Counted from the first letter of the stretch, positions 39,357 to 50,058 are shown. The stretch is 64,000 nt of DNA from Vulcanimicrobiota bacterium (GCA_963812155.1 CAWETW010000003.1:928001-992000); one strand, 5' to 3'. Numbers and translations: made by a program. Notes: generated by a model from the sequence alone, not told the origin.

Positions 39357-40931
39357 CTAGTTGCCGAGCATGACGCGGGCGGCGTTCCATCCGGAGGCGC
39401 CCATGACGCCGCCGCCGGGATGCGCCGCGGCGCCGCACATAAACAAACCTTTCACCGGCGTTGCGTAGCTCGCGAATCCCGGTACCGGGCGGAACATAAA
39501 GAGTTGGTGCAGCGGCATCGCGCCCTGGAAGATGCTGCCGCCGGTGAGTCCGAACGTTTCCTCCAGATCGAGCGGCGTCAGAATTTGGCGATCGATGACG
39601 GACGCTTTGAAACCGGGCGCATATTGCTCTACGATGTCGAAGCAGCGGTCGGCGTATTCGTTGCGCAACGCATCCGTCCAGCCGCCGTTGGGCGCGTATG
39701 GCGCATACTGCGTAAACATCGACATGAGATGCTTGCCGGGCGGCGCGACGGTCGGGTCGAGCGATGACGGCATCGTGCATTCGACGACCGGCTGCCGTGA
39801 AATGTTCCCGTACTTTGCGTCGTCGTAGGCGCGTTCGATGAAGTCCTGATCCGGGCAGAGATGCACGGTCCCGAAGTGCTGGGGTCCGGGTTCGTGACCG
39901 GGCAGCGCAGTAAAACTCGGCAGCCGCTCCAGCGCGACGTTGATCTTGCACGAGGCGCTGCTATACGAAATGCGCTCGACGGCATCGTTAAACGCCGGCG
40001 GGAGCGTCGAAGGATCGAGCATGTTCTGAAACGTGAGCCGGCAATCCACCCCCGACGCAACGCGCTTGGCGGAAAACTCGTCGCCGTTGGTCAGAACAAC
40101 CCCGGTGACTGCGCCGTTTTTCGTGAGAATGCGCGCGACCTCGGATTCCGTGCGGATTTCGGCGCCGAGGTCGGTTGCGGCGCGTGCGAGCGCCTGCGTC
40201 AAGCCGCCCATGCCGCCTTTGACGTAGCTCCAAACGCCGCGCTTCCCGTTCGTCTCGCCCATGACGTGGTGGAACAACACGTACGCCGTGCCGGGCATCG
40301 ACGGCGCCATGAACGCGCCGATGATCGCATCGGTGGCGATTGTGCCCTTCAACTCTTCCGACTCGAACCAGCGATCGAGAATCGGACGCGCGGCGCCGGT
40401 GAGCACTTCGATCGCCTCACCCATTGCGGGGCCGAGCTTCTGCAATGCTCTGCCCATCTTGCCCATCTGGAGCAGTTGAGGAATCGACGGCCGCAGCAAG
40501 TTCGGCGGCACTTGGGTGAGCGTCGGCTCGACGACCGATGCAACGCGCTCCAGCATCGCTTCGTACTGCGGATAGCGCTCCGCATCTCGCTTACTGAACT
40601 TGGCGATCTCTTCGACGTCTTGGTGCGTGCCGGTGCCGAGAATGAGATAGCGGCCGTCGAGGAAGGGCGAGAACGACGCCGGATTGCGTTCGATCGGCTC
40701 GAATCCGTAGTCGCGCAGGCGCAAATCGGCGATGATCTCGGGCCGGAACAGACTGTTGACGTAGGCGGCCGTCGAGACTTTGTAGCCCGGCCACGTCTCT
40801 TCGGAGACGCAGGCGCCGCCGACGACGTAGCGCCGTTCCAGCACGAGCACCTTCCATTTGGCACGCGCGAGATAGCAGGCCGTCACGAGCCCGTTATGTC
40901 CGCCACCAACGATGATCGCATCGTAGGTCAT
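39357..40931 (-). CDS. Phytoene-dehydrogenase-like FAD oxidoreductase (PYROXD2-like, COG1233)
   Basis: YDAIIVGGGHNGLV, ERR..VGGA, GGMG and TP..GLF.CGA.AHPGGGVMGASG. Confidence 0.9.
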   Translation of the reverse strand: MTYDAIIVGGGHNGLVTACYLARAKWKVLVLERRYVVGGACVSEETWPGYKVSTAAYVNSLFRPEIIADLRLRDYGFEPIERNPASFSPFLDGRYLILGTGTHQDVEEIAKFSKRDAERYPQYEAMLERVASVVEPTLTQVPPNLLRPSIPQLLQMGKMGRALQKLGPAMGEAIEVLTGAARPILDRWFESEELKGTIATDAIIGAFMAPSMPGTAYVLFHHVMGETNGKRGVWSYVKGGMGGLTQALARAATDLGAEIRTESEVARILTKNGAVTGVVLTNGDEFSAKRVASGVDCRLTFQNMLDPSTLPPAFNDAVERISYSSASCKINVALERLPSFTALPGHEPGPQHFGTVHLCPDQDFIERAYDDAKYGNISRQPVVECTMPSSLDPTVAPPGKHLMSMFTQYAPYAPNGGWTDALRNEYADRCFDIVEQYAPGFKASVIDRQILTPLDLEETFGLTGGSIFQGAMPLHQLFMFRPVPGFASYATPVKGLFMCGAAAHPGGGVMGASGWNAARVMLGN

Positions 40932-43900
40932 AGTTTCACCTGTACGCTGAAGTATGCGTTGAACGGTTGCATGAGGGAGCTGGAAAGGTCGTTGTACGTT
41001 CCGAAGTACGGTTCGTAGGGATAGCGCAGGAACGTCTGCACGTTGTCGTGCGGATTGTAGGCGTTTCCGACCGGAGGCGTGCTGGGACCGCCGACCAGGT
41101 TGGTGTAGAGGCAGACGTTGTTGCCTTGCAGGTAGGTGAAGCCGGTCGTTTGTCCCCCGAAGCAGGTCTGCAGCAGATTCGCGAGCGTCACCGTCAGCCG
41201 GATGCGCGGCGTCGCGTCGTAGGTCATTTGAAGATGCCCGAGGAGTTGCGCCGGTTCCCGGAAAGCGCCGAGCGCATCGAACTGGCCGGTGTACGGATCG
41301 GGAACCGAAAGCGCCGCCGACGAACAGTCGTGCGCGTTGTAGGGCAGACCGCCGGACGAGCCATACGGATAGCGCGGATCGCCTCCGGTCGAGCCCGGCA
41401 ATGCGGTGCAGCCGGCTGCGGCCGGATCGATGCCGGGCGTCGTCAGCGGGGCGCCGTAGCGGTTGCCCGCCGAAAACTGAAACGACGGGGTGATGGCAAA
41501 CTTGTCGTGCTTGTAGTTGAGGATAAGGGTCGCGACGTATGGGTAGTTGTAGGCGTTGACGCCGGAGCCGACCGGTCCCGGAAAGACCGAGTAGGGAAGG
41601 TACGCCGCCGACGGATCGTAGAGCGAGAAGACCGGTGAGTTCCAGTAGGGATTGGCGATGTCGCCTTTGGCGCACGACGGATCCGGCGCGCCGCTCACCG
41701 GAACGTAACAGGGAGCCGCATACGAGTTCGGGCCTTGCGTCGTGTAACCGCAGACGAGTTGACCGAACTGCTTCTTTCCGTATTGCGACCCGCCGGGAGC
41801 GCAGGCCTTAGTATAGGCGTTGTACTGCGCGATGCCGGTATTGATCGGCGTGAGCAGCGTCGTTCCGTTCTGCAGCGTGCCGTATTTGAAGGTCGCATAC
41901 GTGTACGCAAACGAGAGCTGCCCGGAGATGCCGTTGCGGTTGAAGTCGCCTTTGTTGAACTGGAACTCGAAGCCGCGAGACGTCTGGTAGCCGGCGTTCA
42001 AGCCGGAGGTGATGCCGGTCGTATAGTTGATGTAGAAGTTCGAGACTTCGGCCTGCGTTTGGCGCAGGAAGGGCGACAGCTTGAACGACATGTCGGTGCC
42101 CTTGAAGTGGTGCTCGATCGAGAAGTCGCTGTTGAACGAAATCGAGGGTGCCACCGCGTGGCCCGGCGAGTTGAAACCGAGCGCGTAGAACTCGGTGAGC
42201 GTGTCGGGGAGATTTGCTTCGAGCCCGTTATACTGCTCGTACGCCGAACTCGGCTGTTCGTTGTATTTTCCGTAACTGGCGCGCAAAACCGTGTCGGGGT
42301 TGACGGTGTACGTCGCGCCGATGCGCGGCTGCACGATGTTATAGTCGAAGGCCGCGGGCGTGTTGTCGAGATGCGCGTTGACGTACTGCTTGCCGAGCTT
42401 CGGACACGGCAGCTGCGAGTTCGTGCTCCAGTCGCCGCGCGGGAGAAGCGCGGTCCGGTCGACGAGGGTCAGCGTCTGCGTATCGAAGCACGTGTCTTGG
42501 TTGAACGCATCGAACCAGAAGTTCCGGGCGGCGCCCGTGTCGGTATTCGAACCGACGAAACTGTAGTTGTCGACGCGTACGCCGGCGTTGACGGTAAGCT
42601 TGTCGTTCGGGCGCCACTCGTCGGTGATCGAGTAGCCGGCGAAGTGCGGCGTGACCGTATTGTTGAGGCCGTAGTCGCCGTTTTCGGCGACGTAGTACGC
42701 GCACGGACCGTTGCCGCAGCGTAAACCGCTGACGTTGGGCTGGCCGCTGCCGTTGAGGCCGAGATACGAGGGCAGCCGGTTGGCGCCGAACGAGACGCCG
42801 CTCCCGCCGCCGTCGTAGCAGGTGGTCGCAAACGTGCCGTTGCCGCCCCGCTTGATGCGATAGCAGGTGCCGCCGTAGATGTCGTTCGGGTTGACGAGCT
42901 GCGCGAACTCGTTGCCGTAGAAGCGGCCGAATGCGAACATCTGCTCGTTGTAAATCCGGGCGCCGGTTGCCGTGGTGTAGCTTCCTTCGGCCTGCAGCAG
43001 GTTTTGCGAGTTGATCTGATCGGTGAACGAGGCGCTGATGCCGCGCGTGTGGTTGTTGATTTCGTAGTCGCCGCTGTCGTAGTACGCGTACGACTGCAGC
43101 GACATCATCGGGCCGTTTTCGATCCAGTCGGAGTAGTAGGTGTAACCGTAGAGCCGCAGGTACGCGCTGGAACTGAAGTTTTTCTGGTATTGCAGCTTGA
43201 CGATCGCCTGGCCGTTGTAACCGCGGTCGCGCTGAAAATTCGGATCGGGGATCGAGCCTTGGAATGGATGGGACGGCGACGACGGATAGAGGTAGGGAGA
43301 GATCAGCGACTGGTAGTTGGCCGGGAGCAGCGTGCCCGTGGGACCCTTGTACTGATACGTGTCGAGATAGTAGGGTGGAAACGATCCGGTCGATGAGATC
43401 CAGTTTTGCAAGCCTTCGTCGGTCACCGAACTGTTAAAGGTCGTGAAAATCTCGTCGTTGTCGTAGAGCAGCTGCACGTCGTCGCGCAGCGAGTCGTGTT
43501 TGTGCGGGATCGCGATGTGGAAGTTCGCGACGAAGGTGCGGTCGGCGATGTTGACGGGATTGAGCGTCCCGAATCCGATCGGCCCGAGCACCCAGCCGGT
43601 CGTTCCGAGCGGCCCCACGTTCGGCTTTCCGTTGGTGAAGCACGACGGCAGCGCTTGGATCGATGTCTTGCCCGGACATTGCGCCACCTGCTGGCCGAAC
43701 TCGTTGGTGTAGGCCGCGCCCCCGAACTGATCGACGAAGACGTGATCTTGATTGTAGCCGTTGAACCCGACGTAATAGGAGAAGAGCCGGTCGGGCGTCG
43801 CGCCGCCGGTCTCCACGCTGAGGCTGTGGTAGAAGGTCGGCGAACCCGCCGCGAGATCTGCTTGCGCGTAGCCGGGGAACGTGCCGGTTTTGATGACCTG

Positions 43901-44635
43901 GTTGATGAAGCCGGCGAGACCTTGCGCTTCGGCGCCGGCGGGCGTCGCACCGGTGTAGACTTGCAACTCGAGCTGGCCGAGCGACGAAATCGATCCTGAC
44001 GGGTAGTTGTCGAAGGCGCGATTGATCGGAATGCCGTCGAACTCGTAGCCGACTTCGTAGGAGTCGCCGCCGCGAACGTGCACCGCCTGCAAGTATCCGG
44101 CTTGATTCGGCGGCACGTACGCGCCCGGTACGCTCGCGATGGCCGAGTAGGCGCTGTTGAGACTGCCGCCGCCGCCGAGCGCCGAGAGCCGCGCCTGCTG
44201 CGCCGCGTTGATCGAATAGATGTCGGCGGTCGTGCCGGGGCGCACCAAACTCGACGCCGAGCGCGACGAGACTTGCGCGATCGTCTTGAGCGCTTTGTGC
44301 ATGGCAAACGCCAGCGTCTGCTGCGCGTCGGCGAGCACCGCGATGCCCGGGTACGACACCGGGTCGTAGCCCGACTTTTCGAGCGACGCCGTATACTCGT
44401 CGGGAGCGAGCGAGACAAAATGAAAGTGGCCGCCGGCGTCGGTGAGCGTGCTCGCGCTCTGCGACGGACTGGCGACCGTGACGCGTACGCCGGCGAGCGG
44501 CGCCGACGTTCCGGCTTCGGTCACCGTGCCGCCGAGGCCGCCGGTCGTGCCGGCCGGCGCAAGCGAAGGGACGATGACGGCGCCCGCACACGCGAACGCG
44601 GCGAGAGCGGCGACGATGCGGCGATGAATGCTCAT
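40928..44635 (-). CDS. TonB-dependent outer-membrane receptor with an N-terminal carboxypeptidase-regulatory-like domain
   Basis: Signal peptide; GTTGG..GTV...; plug VRGG...E.GYE.DGIP.N; beta-strand-rich body (NAGVR.D, QPRIGATY); C-terminal YFSVQVKL. Confidence 0.85.
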   Translation of the reverse strand: MSIHRRIVAALAAFACAGAVIVPSLAPAGTTGGLGGTVTEAGTSAPLAGVRVTVASPSQSASTLTDAGGHFHFVSLAPDEYTASLEKSGYDPVSYPGIAVLADAQQTLAFAMHKALKTIAQVSSRSASSLVRPGTTADIYSINAAQQARLSALGGGGSLNSAYSAIASVPGAYVPPNQAGYLQAVHVRGGDSYEVGYEFDGIPINRAFDNYPSGSISSLGQLELQVYTGATPAGAEAQGLAGFINQVIKTGTFPGYAQADLAAGSPTFYHSLSVETGGATPDRLFSYYVGFNGYNQDHVFVDQFGGAAYTNEFGQQVAQCPGKTSIQALPSCFTNGKPNVGPLGTTGWVLGPIGFGTLNPVNIADRTFVANFHIAIPHKHDSLRDDVQLLYDNDEIFTTFNSSVTDEGLQNWISSTGSFPPYYLDTYQYKGPTGTLLPANYQSLISPYLYPSSPSHPFQGSIPDPNFQRDRGYNGQAIVKLQYQKNFSSSAYLRLYGYTYYSDWIENGPMMSLQSYAYYDSGDYEINNHTRGISASFTDQINSQNLLQAEGSYTTATGARIYNEQMFAFGRFYGNEFAQLVNPNDIYGGTCYRIKRGGNGTFATTCYDGGGSGVSFGANRLPSYLGLNGSGQPNVSGLRCGNGPCAYYVAENGDYGLNNTVTPHFAGYSITDEWRPNDKLTVNAGVRVDNYSFVGSNTDTGAARNFWFDAFNQDTCFDTQTLTLVDRTALLPRGDWSTNSQLPCPKLGKQYVNAHLDNTPAAFDYNIVQPRIGATYTVNPDTVLRASYGKYNEQPSSAYEQYNGLEANLPDTLTEFYALGFNSPGHAVAPSISFNSDFSIEHHFKGTDMSFKLSPFLRQTQAEVSNFYINYTTGITSGLNAGYQTSRGFEFQFNKGDFNRNGISGQLSFAYTYATFKYGTLQNGTTLLTPINTGIAQYNAYTKACAPGGSQYGKKQFGQLVCGYTTQGPNSYAAPCYVPVSGAPDPSCAKGDIANPYWNSPVFSLYDPSAAYLPYSVFPGPVGSGVNAYNYPYVATLILNYKHDKFAITPSFQFSAGNRYGAPLTTPGIDPAAAGCTALPGSTGGDPRYPYGSSGGLPYNAHDCSSAALSVPDPYTGQFDALGAFREPAQLLGHLQMTYDATPRIRLTVTLANLLQTCFGGQTTGFTYLQGNNVCLYTNLVGGPSTPPVGNAYNPHDNVQTFLRYPYEPYFGTYNDLSSSLMQPFNAYFSVQVKL

Positions 44636-47619
44636 GTTTGGTAAGCCTCGATGAAGGTATGGTAAGCGGACATGGCGCGGTTGAACTGGTCGCCGATCTC
44701 GGCGGCTTCGCGAAGATGCGGCGGAAGCGGAGGCCCTTGTGAGAGGTTCACGACGCCCAAGAGAATCGTCAAGCGCTCGCGCAGCGCGTCCGGTTTCCAC
44801 TGGTCGTCTTCGGAGTTCACGATACCCGACGTCAACTGTGCGTAGACGGCGTCGAACGCGTGCCGCTGCGACGCGTGCACGCGTCCACGCAGCGCGTCGA
44901 GCCGGTTGAGCGCGGTATCGACCTGCGAGAGTTCGCGATCGAGCGCCGCGATGAAATCGTAGCGCGCAACGTACTGGGCTTGCGTCCAGTGCGCGCGCGG
45001 ATCGGGGCGAACTTCAAGCGTTCGTTCGGACGCGCGGTCGCCGATGCGAAGCCGTACCGTATAGGTGCCGGGTACGACCTGCGGCGCGCTCCAGGCCTTG
45101 TTCCAATCGCGCGCGGCGTTCCACGGCACGATGGGTTCGGCGAGCAAATCCCAGGACGCGCGATCGATGCCGGCGTCTCCGGGTGCATCGAGATGCCGCA
45201 CGACCGCGCCGGAAACGTCGAGCAGGTCGATCGTGACGCCGGGCGTCTCGCGCGGCAAATAGTACGACAGCAGCGCGCCGTAGTCGGGATCGCTTCCGCT
45301 GAAGACGCCCGCCGGCACGCAGCATTCGTCGTCGTGCGTTCCGTATTGGCCGGACCACCAGATATACCACGCGTACGCCGGACGCGGCGCGAAGAGCGCC
45401 GGAACGCCGGCGTCGCGCGCGGCGGTAAACCCTTCCAGCGGCGTGAGATCGTCGAGGATGTAGATTCCGCGTCCGTGCGTGCCGGCGATGAGATCGACGG
45501 CCTCGGGCTGCACGCGCAGATCGCGGACCGCGGTCGGCGGCATGTTCAAACGGAGACTGCGCCAGGCCGCGCCGCGGTCGAACGTCACGAACGCGCCCTG
45601 CTCCAAGCCCGCGTACAGCACGTCGGCGTTGCGGGGATCTTCGCGAAGAACGTGCGCGGGCTGGTCGGGCGGCAGGCCCGCGACGACCGAACGCCACGAC
45701 GTGCCCCCGTCATCGGTTGCGAGCACGTAGGGCGTGCGATCGCCCATCGTTTGGCGATTGACGACTGCGTACGCGCGGTCGATCGAGACACGCGACGGCT
45801 CGACGGTCTCGACGCGCCCCCATTCCGGGACGAACGACGGCGTAACGTTGCGCCAGTGCGCTCCGCCGTCGATGGTGCGCCAAATCAAGCCGTCGTCACT
45901 GCCCACCCAAATCGTCCTTGCATCGATCGGCGACGGCGCGATGTCGAGCAGCGTGTCGTAGAACTCCGCGCCCGAAACGTCGGTGTTGATCGAGCCGCCC
46001 GCAACTTGCTGTTTGCTCGGATCGTTGCGCGTGAGATCCGGACTCATCGCAGTCCACGTACGCCCGCGGTCGCGCGTTTCGAAGAGCACGTTCCCGCCGA
46101 AGAACGCGACCCCAGGCTCGAGCCGCGAGAACGCCAGCGGCGATTCCCAGTTGAAGCGATACGGCAAACCCGCCAGCGGACGTCCGTTGGTGTCGCGCAC
46201 GTAGGGCGAGATGTCGTAGTTCTGGCGCGACGCGAGGTCGAAGATGCCCAGCTGTCCGTTGAGTTCGTTGATGCCGACGTTCCAGACCGATTGCGGATCG
46301 CCGGGCTCAGGCCAGACGGCCACGCCGTCGGCATCGTTGGCGACGTCCCGCCAGTCCCGTTCCGTCAAGCCGAGCGGGCTGAGCGAGAGATTCGGCGCGC
46401 AGTAGGAGTCGTCGTCCTGCATCGCCGCGCAGACGTGATAGGGATTCTGGTCGTCGAAGCCCACGTGATAGATCTGCGCGATATCCACGTTGAAGCGCCA
46501 GTCCCAGGTCGCGCCGCCGTCGATCGAGATCGGCGCGCCGCCGTCGTCGGCTTCGATGATGCGCCGCCCGTCGCGCGAGATCCAAAAGCCGTGATGGTCT
46601 TGGTGGACGGCGGTCGAGATATCGTCGAACGTCTTGCCGCCGTCGTGCGTAACGAGCAAATCTTCCGAAGCGAAGAAGACGCGATTGGGATCGCGCGGAT
46701 CGACCGCAAGACGGCTGAAATAAAATGGGCGTTGATCGATGATCGTGTCGCGCGACATCATCCGCCAATGCGCGCCGGCATCTTCGGATCGCCAGAGCAA
46801 TCCTTCGCGCGATTGAATCAGCGCGTAGACCCGCCGCGGATCGCTCGGGGCCACGGCGATGCCGATGCGTCCCATTTCACCCGAAGGCAGGCCGTTGCCG
46901 CGCAGGCGATGCCAGGTCGTGCCGCCGTCGGTCGACTTGTAAATGCCGTCGTCGGATCCTCCGCTGGTGAAGGTCCACGGTTTGCGCCGGAACTGCCAGA
47001 CGCCGGCATAGACGACGCGCGGATCGTGGGCGTTCCAGGCGAGGTCGGAGACGCCGCTGCGCGGCCCCGCGTAAAGCGTGCGCCGCCACGTTCGTCCGAA
47101 ATCGGTCGTGCGGTAGACCCCGCGGTCGCCGGAGTCTTTGAATGGATTGCCGAGCGCTCCGGCGATGACCGCACCGGGATCGTGCGGGTTGATCAGCAGC
47201 GCGGAGACGGCATAGGAATCGTTCAATCCGCGCCGGCTCCAATGCACGCCGCCGTCACGCGTAAGCCAGATGCCGTCGCCGTAGGACGCGTCGTTGCGAG
47301 GATTCGGCTCGCCGGTTCCGGCCCATACGACCTCTTGGTTCGAGGGAGCGATGGCGATTGCGCCGATCGCGCCGACCGCGTCGCGCGACCACACGTCGCG
47401 CCACGTCAATCCGCCGTCGGTCGTCTTGAAAACGCCGCCGCCTGCTGCACCGAAATAGTACAGGGAAGGATTCGCGTCGGTACCGGCTACACCGGAGGTG
47501 CGCCCGCCGGCGAGTGCCGGACCGATGTTGCGCCAATCGAGCCCAATCGCGTCGCTGCCTTGTGCTGGTGAGGTCGCACATGCCACGAACAGCGCGCAAA
47601 CAAAAGAGAAGAGGCGCAC
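44632..47619 (-). CDS. VPS10/BNR-repeat beta-propeller glycosyl-hydrolase-like secreted protein
   Basis: WRNIGP...GGR, multiple Asp-boxes (S/TxDGGxTW), HQDHH.FWI and AGTHGRG..ILDD; start approximate. Confidence 0.88.
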   Translation of the reverse strand: MRLFSFVCALFVACATSPAQGSDAIGLDWRNIGPALAGGRTSGVAGTDANPSLYYFGAAGGGVFKTTDGGLTWRDVWSRDAVGAIGAIAIAPSNQEVVWAGTGEPNPRNDASYGDGIWLTRDGGVHWSRRGLNDSYAVSALLINPHDPGAVIAGALGNPFKDSGDRGVYRTTDFGRTWRRTLYAGPRSGVSDLAWNAHDPRVVYAGVWQFRRKPWTFTSGGSDDGIYKSTDGGTTWHRLRGNGLPSGEMGRIGIAVAPSDPRRVYALIQSREGLLWRSEDAGAHWRMMSRDTIIDQRPFYFSRLAVDPRDPNRVFFASEDLLVTHDGGKTFDDISTAVHQDHHGFWISRDGRRIIEADDGGAPISIDGGATWDWRFNVDIAQIYHVGFDDQNPYHVCAAMQDDDSYCAPNLSLSPLGLTERDWRDVANDADGVAVWPEPGDPQSVWNVGINELNGQLGIFDLASRQNYDISPYVRDTNGRPLAGLPYRFNWESPLAFSRLEPGVAFFGGNVLFETRDRGRTWTAMSPDLTRNDPSKQQVAGGSINTDVSGAEFYDTLLDIAPSPIDARTIWVGSDDGLIWRTIDGGAHWRNVTPSFVPEWGRVETVEPSRVSIDRAYAVVNRQTMGDRTPYVLATDDGGTSWRSVVAGLPPDQPAHVLREDPRNADVLYAGLEQGAFVTFDRGAAWRSLRLNMPPTAVRDLRVQPEAVDLIAGTHGRGIYILDDLTPLEGFTAARDAGVPALFAPRPAYAWYIWWSGQYGTHDDECCVPAGVFSGSDPDYGALLSYYLPRETPGVTIDLLDVSGAVVRHLDAPGDAGIDRASWDLLAEPIVPWNAARDWNKAWSAPQVVPGTYTVRLRIGDRASERTLEVRPDPRAHWTQAQYVARYDFIAALDRELSQVDTALNRLDALRGRVHASQRHAFDAVYAQLTSGIVNSEDDQWKPDALRERLTILLGVVNLSQGPPLPPHLREAAEIGDQFNRAMSAYHTFIEAYQT

Positions 47620-47624
47620 ACAAA

Positions 47625-48749
47625 CTACGTAGACTGCGGACCTTGCATTGCGTGCAGGTAGTGGCGGTCGAAGGACCCCAACAATCCTTCGGCGTTCGAG
47701 TACGGCCCCGGCGAGTAGGCGCGCGAGCGCAATCCAAGTTGCGTGAATTCGCTCACCCGCCAATCCTGGCGATTGGTGACATCCCAGAAATCGACTGCGT
47801 CGCTCGGATCGAAGTGCGGCACCTCCATCGTTTGCGGTTCGAAGAGCCAGGTGCAGGCAATGCGCGTGCGATCGATGGCGACCGGCGTGACGTAGTGCAC
47901 CATGACGTAATCGGCGTGGAGGCTCAGCAGCATCGACGGAAAGATCGTGTAGTAGTAGATGCGGTCGAGATCGTCGCCCGAAACGGTTCCGAGCGGAGGC
48001 CGGTCGGTTTGGCCCGTGATGGTGAGGCTGCCGACGTGCGAGCGCAGCTCGGAGTAGCCGCCGAGCACCGGGCCTTCGGTGAGATCGTTCCGACCGGACT
48101 CCGAAGGCGAGAGTTTATCGAGTTGCGGATGGACGAGCGGGCAGTGATAGCACTCGGAGTAGTTCTGAAAAACGAGCTTCCAATTGCAGGCGATATCGTA
48201 TTCCACGGTGCGTCCGGTGCGCAGCCGCTCGAGATCCCATCGCGTGAATCGCCCTTTCAGCGATGCCAGCGCGCGTTCGAACGGTTCGGGATCCGGCGTG
48301 AGGTTCACGAAGATGAAGCCTTCCCACACCGTGACGCGCGCTTCGTGAAGCGGATAATCGGTACGCTCGAAACCCGGCACGTCGGCCATGTTACGCGCGA
48401 CGTTGAGCGCGCCGTCGAGTCCGTAGGTCCAGGCGTGATACGGACATTGAATCGAACCTTGAAACCGTCCGGTACGTTCGAGACACAGTCGCGTGCCGCG
48501 ATGGCGGCAGACGTTATGGAAGGCGTGAATGACGCCGGCGCGATCGCGCGTGACGATGAGGCTTTCGCCGGCGACGTCGCTCAAAAAGTATTCGCCGGCC
48601 GTCGCGATCCAATCGGCGCGGCCCACGCCAATCCAATCGCGCGCAAAAATCAGCTCGCGTTCGCGGGCGAAGTTCTCCTCGGAGAGATAGCGGAAAGCCG
48701 GAAGCGTCCTCGCTCCCGGCGTGACGACGGGCTTGCTGAAAACGGTCAT
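47625..48749 (-). CDS. Rieske non-heme iron oxygenase alpha subunit (choline/betaine/stachydrine oxygenase-like)
   Basis: CRH...CPYH Rieske motif; NWKL...NY.ECYHC...HP; FWD.TN.QD. Confidence 0.9.
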   Translation of the reverse strand: MTVFSKPVVTPGARTLPAFRYLSEENFARERELIFARDWIGVGRADWIATAGEYFLSDVAGESLIVTRDRAGVIHAFHNVCRHRGTRLCLERTGRFQGSIQCPYHAWTYGLDGALNVARNMADVPGFERTDYPLHEARVTVWEGFIFVNLTPDPEPFERALASLKGRFTRWDLERLRTGRTVEYDIACNWKLVFQNYSECYHCPLVHPQLDKLSPSESGRNDLTEGPVLGGYSELRSHVGSLTITGQTDRPPLGTVSGDDLDRIYYYTIFPSMLLSLHADYVMVHYVTPVAIDRTRIACTWLFEPQTMEVPHFDPSDAVDFWDVTNRQDWRVSEFTQLGLRSRAYSPGPYSNAEGLLGSFDRHYLHAMQGPQST

Positions 48750-48879
48750 CGCGCGGCTCTTCCTGGCGAAGCGAGATTTGCCCGAGGGTTCCCCGGCGTT
48801 TGACAGAATCCCGCAGCTAACAGCGATTTATTTGGCGTTCTTGGCGATAGACCGTCAAAGCCTTCGGGAGCGTCCCTAG

Positions 48880-50058
48880 TTGGCCGAACGAGAACCGAAT
48901 ACCACCGCCACTGCGACGGGCCCGCTCGAGGTCTCGCTGCCGCGCGACGCTTACCTCGACGCGACGTTTTTCGAGCGCGAACAACGTGCGATTTTCTGGG
49001 ATCAGTGGTTCTGCGCCGGACGAACCGAGGGACTCGAGCATAGCGGCGCGTACCGGGTGGTCGACGTTGCCGGCGAAAGCGTCATCATCGTCCGCGGCGC
49101 GGACGGTCTCTACGCCCACCTCAATCTCTGCCGTCACCGCGGCAGCCGTTTACTCTGCGGCGACGGCGTGTTGCGCGGCGCGATTCGCTGTCCCTACCAT
49201 GGGTGGGCGTATTCGCTCGAAGGCGACGTCGTCGCGACGCCGTTCGTGGACGAGCGCGACGTACCGCCGGACGCCCGTCGTCTGCACCCGGTAGGCGTGG
49301 AGTGCTGGGGCGGTTTCGTCTTCGTCCATCTCGGGTCCGAACGCGCTCGGCGTGAGGGGTTCACGCTGAGCGCGCAACTCGGCGCGATTGCGCAGCGCCT
49401 CGCGCGCTATCCGCTCGAAGAGTTGCGCGTTGCGCGATCGCTGCGTTACGAGGTCGCCGCCAACTGGAAGGTGCTGCTCGAGAATTACAACGAGTGCTAC
49501 CACTGCGCCGGCGTGCATCCGGAACTCTGCCGCGTGGTGCCGGCGTTCAAGCATCGCGGGGGAAGCCAACTCGATTGGGAACGGGGCATTCCGCACCGCG
49601 ACGGTGCCTGGACGTTCACGGCGAGCGGAACGTGCGATCGCTTGCCGTTCTGCGGACTGGACGCCGACGAACGCGTTCGTCACAAGGGCGAACTCGTCTA
49701 TCCGAATCTCATGCTCAGCCTTTCCGCCGATCACGTCGCCGCGTTCACGTTATGGCCGGAGGGTGCGGAACGGACGACGATCGTCTGCGACTTCCTTTTT
49801 CACCCCGAAGAAATCGCGCGCGCGGCATTCGATCCGTCCGATGCGGTCGAGTTTTGGGATCTCGTCAACACGCAGGATTGGACGATCTGCCAAAGCGTTC
49901 AGGCGGGAATGCATTCGCGCGCGTTTCGTTACGGCTACTATGCGCCGATGGAAGACGCAAGCCTCGACATCCGGCGCTACGTTGCCGAGCGATTGCGCGC
50001 CCCTTCGACTGCGGCGCTTCGCGCCTTCGCTCAGGGTGACACCAAGGATGATGACTGA
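48880..50058 (+). CDS. Second Rieske oxygenase alpha subunit, divergently oriented paralog
   Basis: CRHRG...CPYHGW; NWK..LENYNECYHC..VHP; FDPSDAVEFWD.VN.QD. Confidence 0.9.
   Translation: MAEREPNTTATATGPLEVSLPRDAYLDATFFEREQRAIFWDQWFCAGRTEGLEHSGAYRVVDVAGESVIIVRGADGLYAHLNLCRHRGSRLLCGDGVLRGAIRCPYHGWAYSLEGDVVATPFVDERDVPPDARRLHPVGVECWGGFVFVHLGSERARREGFTLSAQLGAIAQRLARYPLEELRVARSLRYEVAANWKVLLENYNECYHCAGVHPELCRVVPAFKHRGGSQLDWERGIPHRDGAWTFTASGTCDRLPFCGLDADERVRHKGELVYPNLMLSLSADHVAAFTLWPEGAERTTIVCDFLFHPEEIARAAFDPSDAVEFWDLVNTQDWTICQSVQAGMHSRAFRYGYYAPMEDASLDIRRYVAERLRAPSTAALRAFAQGDTKDDD
50001..50042. repeat. REP-like palindrome inside the 3' end of the Rieske CDS
   Basis: CCCTTCGACT-GC-GGCGC TTC GCGCC-TTCGCTCAGGGTGACAC; shares termini with 39264-39329. 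Confidence 0.6.

Noticed and set aside
38897..39373. 158-aa plus-strand ORF with an AAGGGGA RBS-like sequence
   Set aside because: Mostly antisense to the DUF72 fragment and the REP element, with no protein-like features; a short real product cannot be fully excluded.
39357..40931. Carotenoid biosynthesis (crtI)
   Set aside because: No phytoene synthase or cyclase nearby; motifs and context fit the broader COG1233/PYROXD2-like group.
44860..47571. 903-aa plus-strand ORF
   Set aside because: Antisense shadow of the VPS10/BNR gene; no motifs; expected from high-GC codon bias.
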